Assembly: GCA_001600695.1 (NCBI GenBank)
Contig: BCKQ01000002.1
Coordinates: 1,736,334 to 1,800,333, forward strand
Source: Ascoidea asiatica JCM 7603
Taxonomy: Eukaryota; Fungi; Ascomycota
DNA: 64,000 nt
Direction: 5' to 3'
Shown: positions 22,752-35,365 of the stretch, piece by piece
Numbering within the stretch: position 1 is the first letter of the stretch
How the letters are laid out: each line of letters starts with the position of its first letter
Program-made: the position numbers and the translations under genes
Notes under the pieces: generated by a model
What the model was told of the DNA's origin: nothing
Databases searched by the model: none
Seen by the model: the letters and a program-made list of their open reading frames with translations, nothing else

Positions 22752-24189
22752 TTCATGTACATAGATATATTATAGAGAAATTCATTATTTAATAGCTCTC
22801 ATGAACAGTATCGTAAAAAACAAGAAATAAATTTTCTTCTGATTGTAATTCAAAGTAAAAGAACTCATTTTTGAAATCCTAAATCTCGAAGGACAATTTA
22901 TTGATCTTCTTTTTTCAAAATATTATAAATCTTTCTGAAAAATTTGAAACTTTGAAAATTTTAGGAATATATTGAAATAGAAAATTTTGAAATGATAATA
23001 TTTTTGCGTAAGCTTCTTTAATAAAAAATTGTAAATAATAAATTCTCAATATCCTTTTAATAGGAGTGTCTAGGAGAGATAATAAAATATTGATTGAAAA
23101 TCTTATAAACTCTGATTGATCTTTTCTCATATCAATAGTGTACAAGTTTTGATTTCCTACTCGTATTAATATCCAAAAAATAGGAGTCGAGTATGAAATT
23201 TTAAACTGGGTTCTCAATTCTTAAATTTACTCGATCTAATTTTTGGGACTGGGCACTTCGTATAGCTTCTTTAACAGATTATCGTAATATTTTGTAAATA
23301 GTGTCAGAGCCATTTAATTCTTCCAGTGTTGACTGTTACCAATCTTCGTCTCAGTGTAATGACAATTGTCAGATCAGAATGCTGCCTTAGAGTTAACCAA
23401 ACTTTTACCTGGCATTTTGCATTCCAAATTGTCAGTGATAATCGTTAATTATCGTTGTTGTTTCCAACAGCATCAAAAATCTTAACTTCAATTTGTGATA
23501 TTTTTCACATATTTTCATTATTTTCATTATTTTTTGATGGTCAATTTTTTGCCAGAGTCGAACTCAAATCACGAACACAAAACAAAATTAAAAAGAACAA
23601 ACGAACAGTGAAACTTGTTCACGAACACTTTTTTTATGTATGGCTAGCGAACTACATTAAGGCTGTAAATGTGTTTGACAGCACAGATGGCTTTTTTTAC
23701 TGTTCGTCTCCGGGACTGCACCTCAATCCACATTCTTTGAATCTGGGAAATTTAAAGGGTGAAAAGCCCAAGCATTTACAATTGAACAATTCTTAAATAA
23801 TAAATTCTGTTCACTTCAACTCTTTTCATTTTCTAAGAGCATCAGCTCGTTTATTCATACACCACTGGAATTTCTTGATTCAACTTCAATTGCAATATAA
23901 AGTGTTTTGATTTCCAAGTGCTTATTTCACTTCTTTATTTATATTTTCATAGCTTTTACAAATTCTCCTTTAAAAAACAAAGTAAACTTCATTTCCCACA
24001 AGAATATACTTCTGATCAAGTAAGAGTGATTCATTATACATAGCTTTAACAAACTCAAATATCTTCCGAGATTGATTCAATTTTGTATCTTAGTTCATAG
24101 TTCAAAACTTTTCATAATAGCTAATAATCAAAAGTAAATATCAAATAAGTAATAATTAATAATAATTAGTAATAAGTAATCAATAAAAT

Positions 24190-27100
24190 ATGGCTAATGA
24201 TTCATCAATTGATCAAAAACCAGTGAATGGAGATAATCAAAAATTATCAATTCAAAATCCACAAATTTCACAGAATGGAAATAGTCAATCAGTTAAAGAT
24301 GCCATAATACCAAGTGGTTTTTCAATTGTGGATCCAAAAAAGAAAGAAATCATAAAACCAATTGAAAATACACTCAATGGTTCAAAAATCCTTCAAGAAA
24401 CTCCAATTATAATAAAAACCAATGGATTAGTTTCAAAAAAAGTTGAAAATATTATTAATGGTTCAAATCCAAAATCAATTGATGATAAAGTTAAAGAAAA
24501 TAAACCAAATGGAATAGATGATAAACATAAAGATTTAAAATTAAATTCAGTAGAAGAAAAAATTAAAGATATAAACCTGAAAGATTCAAAAATACTTAAT
24601 CCACCAAAACCAATTCAAAAACCAGCAAATAAACCTATAGCTAAACAGTTTTCAAGAACAGCTCCAAAACAAGTCACTAAACCTAATTCAAAACTAGTTT
24701 CCACACCTAAACCACCAATCAAATCTTCTCCAAAATCTCCTTCCAGACAAATATCAAAACCTATATCATCACCTAAAAAAACTACTTATAGGCCAACTGA
24801 TAATAAGGCTCAAAGATTAAGAACAAACAGTGTAAAAAAGCAAATTGAAAGTAAAGCTGCCAATGGTCCAAGATCACCACGTTCTCCAATAAAAAGAACT
24901 TATTCAAATACAACTAGAAATAGATTAGCTGATCATAAAGATATGAAGAAAAATGACGTAAAATCTAAACCAACTATCAAGAAATTGGAAACACCACATG
25001 AAATCACTGGTTTTGATCATTTAAATCAAGTCCAGAGTAACACTATAGATCCTTTTAATGAAACTGTTGATGATGATCTTGATGAAGGTCCAAATCAATT
25101 AGATAATACTTTACTTCCTTCAAAAATAATCAAAATGCAACCTTCCAGTCCAATAAAGCCATCAATGGTTGGAAATACAAATGATTTAAAATACGATTCT
25201 TATCAAGATGAAGAAGAAAATGTTGGTTTATTAGTACCTTCTCCTGATGATGAAGTATTTAGAGGAAGAGGAAGATCTAATAATTTAAATGTTAATCCTC
25301 ATAATGCTCGTAGATCTCGTTCAATAATGTCCTTAGAAATAATTGGTAGATGGAAACGGGAAATTTCTGCTAAACTTCCTAGATGGTATGTTTCTGCTAA
25401 AAATATTGAAGGAACTCCAAATGAAATTCAATACTCAGTTTTTAAGCCTTCTCCTTTTATTAAACCTATTAAGAATTTACCTCCAGAAGGTTTTGCAAAT
25501 AGTGGTCCAGTGAAAAAAGATGATTTTGATGCAGTTGTTGAAAATTCAATTGAAGCTATGGAGAAATATGGTTATGCACCAAAAAGAATAGCTGCTGGTT
25601 CTTCAGGAAGTTATTTTATTTACAGTACAGAACATAAATTAATTGGTGTTTTTAAACCTAAAGATGAAGAACCATATGGCCCTCTTTCACCAAAATGGAC
25701 AAAATGGATTCATAGAAATTTATTTCCTTGTTTTTTTGGACGTAGTTGTCTTATACCTAATTTAGGTTATATTTGTGAAGCTGCTGCATCCCTCTTAGAT
25801 AGACAATTACAATCCTTTATTGTACCTTATACTGATACTGTATTCCTTTCATCTGATAGTTTTTATTATCCATATTTTACAAAAAGAAAACATTTGAAAA
25901 AAAATAAGGCTTTACCCAAAAAAGTTGGTTCATTTCAACTGTTTTTAATTAATTATCTTGAAGCTGATCAATTCTTCAAGAAATATCCTCTTCCGGGAAC
26001 TGAAAGAGGTGGATGGAGTATTTTACCTTTCACTCCTTCTATTTCCGAAACTGCAAGTGTGATTAATTCAAGTGATGAATTACTGCCAACTTCCTCAAAT
26101 TTTCTGGATTTTGATCGTCCTTATCATGATGAAACTCCCGATATAGCTGAACAATTTAATGCAAGTGATTCTGATACAAGACCTTATAGTGATAATGCTC
26201 TGGATGCTGAACCTGTTTTTAAATGGACTCCTGAAGTTATTCAACAATTTGTTGAAGAATTAGAAAAATTGGTTATTCTTGATTATATAATGAGAAATAC
26301 AGATAGAGGTTTAGATAATTGGATGATTAATCTTGAATGGGAAACAGTAGTAGATAACACTCCAATAAATCCTTTCAGTAATGTTAATGAAACAAATACT
26401 GTTAGATATAAAAAAGTTCCAAAAATAAAAATTGGGGCTATTGATTCTGGGTTGGCTTTTCCATGGAAGCATCCAGATGAATGGAGATCATATCCCTTTG
26501 GCTGGTTATTTCTTCCAATATCAATTATTGGAAGACCATTTTCTCAAAAAACTCGTACTCATTACTTAAGATTATTAACATCCACTGCATGGTGGGAAGA
26601 AAGTGCATTATTATTTAGACAATTGTTCGCAAGAGATTCAGATTTTAAAGAAAGAATGTGGAAAAAACAATGGGCTGTTATGAAAGGTCAGGCATTCAAC
26701 GTAGTTGAGACTCTTAAATCGCCAGAACAAGGTCCTTTGGAATTAGCAAGAAGAACAAGAGTGATGATTTGGGATGACGAGTTGGATGTTCCTGTTCATG
26801 TTCCAATTTCTATTGTTTCCAGCAATCTAGATTCAACAAACAATGGAGAGAACTCTGCTTCATCTATGAACGCCAGTGAACCTGGATTAGCTAATTCTTT
26901 TTCTGATAATGTAAATGACCCCTCTAGGATTAAAAACTCTCCTGTTCATACTGCAATCATGCAAAAAAATTCAACAATCAATACTATCCCTGAAAGTGAG
27001 GATTCCGAGGAAGACTCAAAGAAAAAGGCCAAAAGCCCCTTTAGTGATAGTAATCGTCTAGTGGATGGTTCTCCCAAGATTTTAAGCTCTGTGAATACAG

Positions 27101-27264
27101 ATAAAAAGACTCAATTGAAAAATGGAAAACTTCCAGAAAGTCATAAAGTTGATGAAAATGAGATTGGGTTGTCATTTGCTGAAGATAATTCCGCTACCAA
27201 AAGAGTTATTATTGAAAGACTAGAATCAGTTAACTCTAAACCTCCTGTGTTTACCTGGTGTTGA
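24190..27264 (+). CDS. LSB6: Type II phosphatidylinositol 4-kinase with long disordered N-terminus
   Basis: GSSGSYF, VFKPKDEEPYG, PCFFGRSCL, GSFQLF, LDYIMRNTDRGLDNW, AIDSGLAFPWKHPDEWRSYPF, terminal PVFTWC. Confidence 0.96.
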   Translation: MANDSSIDQKPVNGDNQKLSIQNPQISQNGNSQSVKDAIIPSGFSIVDPKKKEIIKPIENTLNGSKILQETPIIIKTNGLVSKKVENIINGSNPKSIDDKVKENKPNGIDDKHKDLKLNSVEEKIKDINLKDSKILNPPKPIQKPANKPIAKQFSRTAPKQVTKPNSKLVSTPKPPIKSSPKSPSRQISKPISSPKKTTYRPTDNKAQRLRTNSVKKQIESKAANGPRSPRSPIKRTYSNTTRNRLADHKDMKKNDVKSKPTIKKLETPHEITGFDHLNQVQSNTIDPFNETVDDDLDEGPNQLDNTLLPSKIIKMQPSSPIKPSMVGNTNDLKYDSYQDEEENVGLLVPSPDDEVFRGRGRSNNLNVNPHNARRSRSIMSLEIIGRWKREISAKLPRWYVSAKNIEGTPNEIQYSVFKPSPFIKPIKNLPPEGFANSGPVKKDDFDAVVENSIEAMEKYGYAPKRIAAGSSGSYFIYSTEHKLIGVFKPKDEEPYGPLSPKWTKWIHRNLFPCFFGRSCLIPNLGYICEAAASLLDRQLQSFIVPYTDTVFLSSDSFYYPYFTKRKHLKKNKALPKKVGSFQLFLINYLEADQFFKKYPLPGTERGGWSILPFTPSISETASVINSSDELLPTSSNFLDFDRPYHDETPDIAEQFNASDSDTRPYSDNALDAEPVFKWTPEVIQQFVEELEKLVILDYIMRNTDRGLDNWMINLEWETVVDNTPINPFSNVNETNTVRYKKVPKIKIGAIDSGLAFPWKHPDEWRSYPFGWLFLPISIIGRPFSQKTRTHYLRLLTSTAWWEESALLFRQLFARDSDFKERMWKKQWAVMKGQAFNVVETLKSPEQGPLELARRTRVMIWDDELDVPVHVPISIVSSNLDSTNNGENSASSMNASEPGLANSFSDNVNDPSRIKNSPVHTAIMQKNSTINTIPESEDSEEDSKKKAKSPFSDSNRLVDGSPKILSSVNTDKKTQLKNGKLPESHKVDENEIGLSFAEDNSATKRVIIERLESVNSKPPVFTWC

Positions 27265-27759
27265 TCAAAATTAATTTATTCTTTGATGATTTTTAATACC
27301 TTTTTTTTTAATTAAAATTTGTTTTTGTTTTTCTTTGTTGGTCTATGATTAATTGGGTTGCTTTAATACTCTGTTATTTTTTTTAATGCATTTAATTTCG
27401 TGTTAATCTTTTTGTTTTATTTTGTCAATCAACTTTCCGATTTGTAATAGATTATTCCTCTAGTTCCCAAAATCCGAAAAGAAAAGGTAATGTATTATCT
27501 TTTTATATCGTTATTTATTGTTATTTTACATAATTTTTTTTCTTTTTCATGCATGCTCTTTAAAAATTAATACATAATCTGCTTTTACTTATTTGTTTTG
27601 TTCAAGAAGAATAAACATGAATGTTTGAACAAATAACCTATAGTATAATATATTAATAAAAAAAGATTGTAAGTCAAAAGAGTAAATAAAGAAAAAATGC
27701 AAAAGTAACTATAATATGCCAAAAATAATTATAATATAGTTTAGAGTATATAAAAAAGA

Positions 27760-30700
27760 TCAGACGTCTCTGTTTAATCTGGAAGGTAATTTTAAGAATA
27801 CGTTTGATAAAATGTTTCTCAACTTGAATAAATTAATTACTCTAAGTCTTTCATTATTCAAATGAGCATTATCACTTGACTGTCCACATGGAATTTGAGC
27901 TGCAGGAGCATCAAAACATTTTTCTAAGAAACGAACAGAAGGGATAGAGCCACCTTCTCTTATATATAATGGTTCAATATTCCATTCATTTTGAATTGCT
28001 TCGTCTAGAATTTGGAAAGCATCATTGGTTGGGTCTCCCAACCAAGCTTCAGATTCATGTAAAAGTTCAATTTTGAGTTCATTTTCAGAATTCATTTTCT
28101 TATAAGATGACTCTAAAAACGACTTTAAGTTAATTTTTATTTCACTAAGGTTTTGCTCTGGAACAATTCGTAAAGATAAATGAGTTTTGGCTGTTTTTGG
28201 AATAATGGTAGAATTTCCAGGTCCAGATACTTGAACATTATGAATAGTGAAAGAAGGATACTTCCATTTTTTGAGAAGAGATTCAACATTTAATTCGGTA
28301 TCAGCCCTTTCCACAATTTTTTGGTAAAGTTTAGTTTCAGCAGCCGTGACAGGTAAGATTGGATCATAGAAAGAAGGTATTAGAATTTTAGAGCTATCAT
28401 CGGAAGTTAACTTGGAAAGCAAATTGATTAAATCAATAGTAGGTTCTCTAGAAACACCGCCATCAACACCTGAATGTCTATCTGGTTTATCACTTGAAAT
28501 ACTGATAGAAGCACTGATAACTCCTCTTAAACCATAATTAAGACAAGGAGTGATATCATCAATCCAATATGAGTTAGATAATAAAATCCAATCAATATCA
28601 CCAATGAAATCTTTATTCTCTTTAATTATGTTTTGGAATCCGAAAGAACCAGCTTCCTCTTCACCTTCAATAAGGAAAATTATATCACAAGTTAATTTAC
28701 CATGAATAAATAAGTCAGCAGCTGCAAATATAGAAGACAATAATGGTCCTTTATTATCAGTAACACCTCTACCATAGAGATATCCATTTTGACCAATCAT
28801 TTCAAAAGGATCTGTATCCCATCCTTTTTCCAGACTTGCTTCTATAACATCATAATGTCCATACCATAATATCCTCGGACCTTTAAATTGAGACTCTTGA
28901 TCAATAGAATCAGATTTTGAAGATAAATCATCAGTATAATTGATAACAAAAGAATTTGAAGAAGTATTTAATTTATGATTCTTAGCTTTAAAACAACCAT
29001 AAACAATTGGATTACCATCTGGAACTGGTAATAATTTTGATTCAGCACCAAATTTTCTTAATAAATTCATTAAGAATATTGCACAAGATCTTGAATCATG
29101 AATATAAAGTTCAGGTTCTTTTGAAATAGTTTTATAAGAAATTAATTCTGTTAAAGATTCTAACAATTTAGGATTTGATAGTGAATGATTATTTTGTCTT
29201 TCATGTAATTTTTTAATTGAATTATTATTATTGTGATTATTATCATAACTATTTTCAATTTCATCTTCATTTAGAATCCAAATTGCAACAGATGCATCAT
29301 TTGCAGCAGTTATTAAGAAACATTTATTATCAATTTCTATAATTTGAATACTTAAAACTCTTGTATCATGAGCAACCCAATTAGAATTAGAATTTAAACC
29401 TAGTTTCCATTTAGTTACACCTAAATTTGTACCTTTAAAAAGACAATTATTATAAACAGCTAATGACATAATATCACCTTCTTGTTGATTTTGAATATAT
29501 TGAATTAATTGTAAAGTTGATAAATCCCAAATTTTAATTTGACCATCAGTTAAACCACAATAAAGGAATTGATTTTTTTTATAAATTGATAAAACAGAAT
29601 CTTTATTATCTAAAGAATATAATAAATTTATTGGTTTTGAATTTGGATTATTTTTATTTTTGAAATTTTTACATAAAGACCAAATTTTTACAATACCATC
29701 ACCACCTGCAGAAATTAAAATTTGATCAATATTTTTTTCATTTAAATTTGAAAATTTATAAAAATCATCTTTTGAATAAATTTGTAAATCATAAACAAAA
29801 CCATAATGAGCATATTGAATTATATTTTCAGAAGGTACTTCAATTAAATTATTTTTTTTATTATTTATATTATTATCATCAGTATTGGTTATATTATTTA
29901 TATTAGTGTTTGAATTATTGTTATTATTATTATTATTATTATTTTGATCACCTGGACCTTTTGAATCAAAAAATTTGTCCCATCTATTTGAAGGTAAATT
30001 ACTTGGATCATTTTTAGGTAAAGTATCTAATAAATGAACATAAGAAATTGAAGCATTTTGAGAACCAAAAAATAAAGTATTTAATTCATTTGACCAAGCT
30101 AAACTAAAAATATCACCAATATCAAAAAGAGAATAAATTGTTATTGGAATTTCATTATCAGTATTAAATTGAATATCATTTAATAAATTATTAATATTCC
30201 AAATTTTTATTAAAGAATCAGAACCTGAAGAAATTAAAAATTTTGAATCATTTGAGATTAATAAATTTAATATTGAACCATTATGACCTAATAAAGTTTT
30301 TTTAATTATAAAAGTATTTAAATCAATTAATAAAATTTTTGAATTTTGAGTACCACAAAATAATAAATTATTTATTGGATCAATTGATATTGAGAGAATT
30401 GAATAATTAAAATTCCATTTATGTAATAAAGAAGGAGTTTTACAAGTTAAATTTGGATTAAAATTTTCATGGAATAAAGAACTTGATAAAGATAAGTTCG
30501 AATTTGAATTTGAGTTTGATATTGAGTTATTATTATAATTAATATTATTATTATTATTGTTATTATTTATATTTAAAAGTGATAAATTTTCTAAAGAATT
30601 ATTTAAATTTTGATATTGTGATTGTGATTGAGATTGATTTAAATATATTGAAGAATTATTATGAGAATCGAAATTTAAATTACTATTATTAATTGAATTT

Positions 30701-31029
30701 AAAGATAAAGATAATTGAGTATCATTTGAATTGATAGTACTTTTTGATATTAATGGTAAATGTCTAACATTTGAAGAAGTTGGAGTTGAAGATAATTTTG
30801 GTAATCTATTAAGTCTTAAATTTGAAGAAAGTGATTCATAATTATAATTTTCTTTATAAGTATTTCTTAATGAGAAATTTGAGATTGTCATTGAATCGGA
30901 TGGTTTATCAGAATCTTTATTTATATCTTTATTGTTATCTTGAATGTTATCTTTATTGTCACTTTTAGTAAAATTATTATCAATTGATTTTGAATTGATA
31001 ATATTTGAAATTGAATTATCGTCGAGCAT
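27760..31029 (-). CDS. DUG2: WD40 + M20 peptidase-like subunit of the glutathione-degrading Dug2-Dug3 complex
   Basis: WD repeats (GHNGSIL, SGSDSLIKIW, DIGDIFSLAW), then YGHYDV, GRGVTDNKGP, EGEEE, HSG, REGGSIP, AHLNNE. Confidence 0.95.
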   Translation of the reverse strand: MLDDNSISNIINSKSIDNNFTKSDNKDNIQDNNKDINKDSDKPSDSMTISNFSLRNTYKENYNYESLSSNLRLNRLPKLSSTPTSSNVRHLPLISKSTINSNDTQLSLSLNSINNSNLNFDSHNNSSIYLNQSQSQSQYQNLNNSLENLSLLNINNNNNNNNINYNNNSISNSNSNSNLSLSSSLFHENFNPNLTCKTPSLLHKWNFNYSILSISIDPINNLLFCGTQNSKILLIDLNTFIIKKTLLGHNGSILNLLISNDSKFLISSGSDSLIKIWNINNLLNDIQFNTDNEIPITIYSLFDIGDIFSLAWSNELNTLFFGSQNASISYVHLLDTLPKNDPSNLPSNRWDKFFDSKGPGDQNNNNNNNNNNSNTNINNITNTDDNNINNKKNNLIEVPSENIIQYAHYGFVYDLQIYSKDDFYKFSNLNEKNIDQILISAGGDGIVKIWSLCKNFKNKNNPNSKPINLLYSLDNKDSVLSIYKKNQFLYCGLTDGQIKIWDLSTLQLIQYIQNQQEGDIMSLAVYNNCLFKGTNLGVTKWKLGLNSNSNWVAHDTRVLSIQIIEIDNKCFLITAANDASVAIWILNEDEIENSYDNNHNNNNSIKKLHERQNNHSLSNPKLLESLTELISYKTISKEPELYIHDSRSCAIFLMNLLRKFGAESKLLPVPDGNPIVYGCFKAKNHKLNTSSNSFVINYTDDLSSKSDSIDQESQFKGPRILWYGHYDVIEASLEKGWDTDPFEMIGQNGYLYGRGVTDNKGPLLSSIFAAADLFIHGKLTCDIIFLIEGEEEAGSFGFQNIIKENKDFIGDIDWILLSNSYWIDDITPCLNYGLRGVISASISISSDKPDRHSGVDGGVSREPTIDLINLLSKLTSDDSSKILIPSFYDPILPVTAAETKLYQKIVERADTELNVESLLKKWKYPSFTIHNVQVSGPGNSTIIPKTAKTHLSLRIVPEQNLSEIKINLKSFLESSYKKMNSENELKIELLHESEAWLGDPTNDAFQILDEAIQNEWNIEPLYIREGGSIPSVRFLEKCFDAPAAQIPCGQSSDNAHLNNERLRVINLFKLRNILSNVFLKLPSRLNRDV

Positions 31030-32238
31030 ATTGAGAAGAAGAAGAAGAAGAAAAAAAAAGAGAGAGAGGAGTATAAAGATATTTATATAATACTTTTTAA
31101 ACTAGACTAGTAATTTAAATTGATATTTATTTTATTATTGACTTTGTTATTTAGTTCAGTTCTCTTTAAAAGTTAGTCATTAAAAAGTTTTTCAGTCTAA
31201 AATGAAATTTTGAGATTTTGAAATTTTGAAATTTTGAAATTGTGAAACTTATTGGTAACTTAGGTAATTAAACACTTTTTTTCAAATTGTTTACAAGTTT
31301 AAAAAAAATCTGTTGATATGTAAATGAATAAACGAATTAAAAGAATAAATGGAGATTAGTAGATTGAAATTTTCAGTAAAGTTGAAATTAATTTCGAAAA
31401 GATAAAGAATATTAAGATGTTTTGAATATTAGAGATAAGAGGTCTGCTGGTATGATAAACAAAAATATCTTAGACAGAATTCTTGAGAGATAGCGTTAAT
31501 GAAAGTTGTGAGCTAATTTCAAGAGAATTTTGTAAATTTATAATTAGCATTAGAATTAGCCAGGAAGAGTCTCTTCATAAAATTAATTTATTTGTGGATA
31601 TGGATAATAAAGGTGTGTATTTGATTAAAATTGTGAAGATTATCAAAAAAAAAAAGAATATAAAAATATATGTGAATGAAAATGATATTCAAAAAAAGAA
31701 GATAAAAAAGTTGATTTGAAATTATAAAATACATTTTACATCATTCATAACATTTAAGAGAGATAAAAGAGATAAATGATAAAATAAGACATTTGTCGGC
31801 GGTTCCGCTTCCCAGCAGTGCAGACCTCGAAAAGGGGGAGAGTGGAGCACGGTCCGTCGAGCTCCGAGAGTTGAAGTGTGTGACACTTGATTGTTAATCA
31901 TTTTATTCTTTCTTCGAAGTTCTGTGTGCATCTCGAATGTACTGGAATCTTCGTGTTTGTTCTTAGAATGACGTAGTGTCTTCTAGAACAATACTTTATT
32001 CTATTTCTTTTCTTAAGTATGGGAAGTGAACTTTCACATACTAAATTTACAAATTTATTCTTAAGATGGGTTACCCGCTCCTATTTTCCACTAATATAAA
32101 TAGGGCACTTACCTCCCATATTTTTTATATAATTTTTATATATTTTATATTTTAATTAACAATTGTTTATAATTCGAATTAGATATCTTCTTAGTAATAA
32201 TTAGATATTTCGTTCGAACTACAATCACACTGCAGAAG

Positions 32239-32607
32239 TGTGGCGCAAATGGTGCACTTTCAGCGGACAAAGTGGCACACTGTTGGCATACTGTTAACAC
32301 ACTTTGGCACACAATAGCACGCAGTAAAAACGACAATAGCGAACACAGTGGTGAACACCGTCACTCACAGTGAGTCATAAAGCACGTGTTATTCTTAAAG
32401 TACTGGGATTAGAGTGGCCCTTTGATGTCAGAAGAGTGGCGTAATCTCAAATAATAATAAGTATGTGCCACAGTGTCTTTATTTTGTGGCGCTTACGCTA
32501 TTCTTGGAGGTTGCCGAGGTTCAAGTTTTGTTTGTCTGGTTTTGCGCTTGTTTTTGCGTGGCTATTTCAGCGTTAGAAAAATAAAAATCGTCGCCATGTT
32601 TGTGGCG
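32239..32607. promoter_or_regulatory. Cluster of Met31/32-type (TGTGGC), Cbf1-type (CACGTG) and Gcn4 (TGACTCA) sites upstream of DUG2
   Basis: TGTGGCG at 32239, 32485 and 32601; ACTGTGGC on - at 32467-32474; TGAGTCAT 32371-32378; CACGTG 32383-32388. Confidence 0.7.
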
Positions 32608-33395
32608 CTGCTTTTTCCAAGTTTGACTTGTTCAACCTGAACCCTATTTATTCATTGAAGCCAGTACTAAAATAATAACTAATAAAATAATAAAATAATA
32701 AAATATAAAAAAGAATAAAAAATATAAAGAGCTTAAAACTAATAAAAAATTAATTAATAAAGCAAGAAAATAAAGGAGAAACAACAAAAGATCAACCATA
32801 AAACAATTTCAAAAAAGGGAAAAAAAGGGGATAAAAAAGAATAAAAAAAGAATAAAAAAAGATAAAAAAAGATAAAAAAAGATAAAAGCATGTCAAATAA
32901 GGAGAAATAATTATTCCAATACTTGACAATTTAAGAAAAAAACCATTACTGTAAAAATTTCAAATTAAATATTAAAAGAATGAGTAAAATGAAGTAAAAA
33001 ACAACGGGTTTAACGAAAGAACTAAAATCTTAAAGTTTAAGAAAAAACTTAAATTTTAAAAATATATAATATAAAAAAACAAAGATAAAGATTTAAATAA
33101 TAAAGATATAAATAAATAAATAGATAAATTAATAAATAAAGATATAAATAAATTTGTTTTGAAAATAAGAAGCCAAACATTAAAAGCAAGAGAAGTAAAA
33201 GAAGGACGAAGCAAAAAAAAAACACTTAATTATTTAAGTGATTATTTGATTGATTTAAAAGATTTGAAAAACTTTAAGAAATTTGAAAAATTTAAATCAT
33301 TTAGCTATTAATAAAGCAACTTTCAAAGAGTATATATAATAAATAATAAATAATAAATAGACTCGGATATAATAAATATTATCAAAAGAAACTTA

Positions 33396-33512
33396 TTATT
33401 TATCATTTTCATAAAATTCAATATTCATTTCAAAATAAACACAACTTATCCTTGGAAATTCTCCATTAATACTTAAAATACGATCTTCATTAGCCAAACT
33501 ATTATTAATATG

Positions 33513-33563
<51 letters not shown>

Positions 33564-33679
33564 TGTATTAGTAGTGGTAGCTGTAGTAGTAGTAGTAGTA
33601 GTATTGGTGTTGTTATTAGTATTTCGATTACTATTACTATTATTAGTATGACTATTAGAATTAGTATTATTATTATTAC

Positions 33680-33710
<31 letters not shown>

Positions 33711-34877
33711 ATTACGATTGTTATTGATTTGAATAGAAGTTGAAGCTAAATCTCTTAAAGTATTTGAATTATTATGAATATTATTTGTACCATTTGGTAA
33801 TCTAAAAATATTTTGAATTATTCTTTCAACTGATCTTGTTGATAATGTTCTAAATTCTCCAGTAATTTCATCATCTGTTATATTTAATGTATCTAATCCA
33901 ATATTACTTTCACTTGAATTATTATTAGCATTTTCTGTATTTACATCATCACTATTATTATCATTATCATTGATAGAATCCATATTTGAATTCAAATTTG
34001 TTACTGTTTTATTATCATTATCATTTTCATTTTCGTTCTCATTATCGTTATCATTTTCATTATCAGTATCAATTTCAATTTCATCAATATTGATATCATT
34101 ACTATTATAATTATCATTATTTGTATTATTTATATTGATATATTCATTATCATTTGAGTTTAAGATAGTATGAGTACTATGAGAACTATCCGTAGTACTA
34201 TTGGTAGTACTATTAGTATGATTTATTTCATTTATATGATGATTATCTTCAATATTTTCAATATTAATATTAATATTTGAACCAAAAGAATTTAAAGATA
34301 ATGAAGTTTTTGAGTTTTTTGAATTCTTTGAAGTTTTCAAATTATTAGAAGAATTATATATTGAAGTATTATTTGAATTAATATGATTTTTGGATTTTGA
34401 ATTTGTATTTGAATTAATATTTGAATTTGATTTTTTTAATGATTCAGAATTATTGGATTTTGAATTAATAGATTTTGAATTATTTATAGTATTTTTTAAA
34501 TTTTTATAATATGAAGAGAAAGTTTTTTTAACTTTATTTGAAATTTTTTTATTTGAAATATATTTATTATTTCTATTATGAACATTATTATTATTGTTAT
34601 TATTGATAGTAGAAGTAATAGATTCCTTTATTAAATTATTTGATTTATTATTTTTTGGATTTATTGTATTAGGTTTTACATTTGATTTATTTGATTTATT
34701 TCTTTCATTTTCATTCTCAGTTTCTTTTTGTTTCTCTTTAGATTTTGATTTTGAATTTGCTTTAGAATTAGGGATGGTAGTTGAATGTAAATTTGTAGAT
34801 TTGATTGTAGAAATAGAAGTTTTATTTCTTAAATTATGATTAATATTTGAATGATTATTTGAAGATAAGTTTAACAT
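33396..34877 (-). CDS. Hypothetical Asn/Ser/Asp-rich disordered protein
   Basis: 493-codon ATG ORF in AT-rich DNA with a motif-bearing upstream island; no recognisable domain. Confidence 0.6.
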
Positions 34878-35365
34878 TATGAAAATGATAATTTGAATTT
34901 GATATAATTTTTTTCAAAATTTTATTAAAAAGGATAAATGAATTAATTATGAATTTTATAGAGATATATGAGATATGAGATATATGAGATTATATGAAAA
35001 TGAAGAGAAAGTGTAAGATATATGAGTTATAGCTAGAAGAACTAGCATGAAATAAATAAATAAATAATAGATACAATAAATATAAGTTGATAGAATTTGA
35101 TAAAATAGGATATGATATGATACGATGTGATAGTTGAATTTATGATACTTCTATTATTTGATTATTAAATGTAGATAAAAGATAAAAGATAAAAGATAGA
35201 GAAGATATAAGATAGATAAAGCAGATAGGTAAGTTAATAGAGCGTGAAATAGGTCAGTGAGCTCAGTAATTTCCAAGTGAAATACGCTGAAGAGAAGAGT
35301 CTTTTTTCTCACTTGCGAGATCTTCGTTGCTGAGTGTTTCAGGCCTGGTCTAATCAGGAGCGGAA

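Noticed and set aside
22800-23300. Possible decayed coding sequence on the minus strand
   Set aside because: Read-through translation gave no recognisable motif.
31102-32119. ATGGGAG|GTAAGT (32119-32107) with GACTAAC (about 31175) as a possible coding first exon of DUG2
   Set aside because: The two TAG acceptors tested give an immediate stop; a non-coding leader intron is not excluded.
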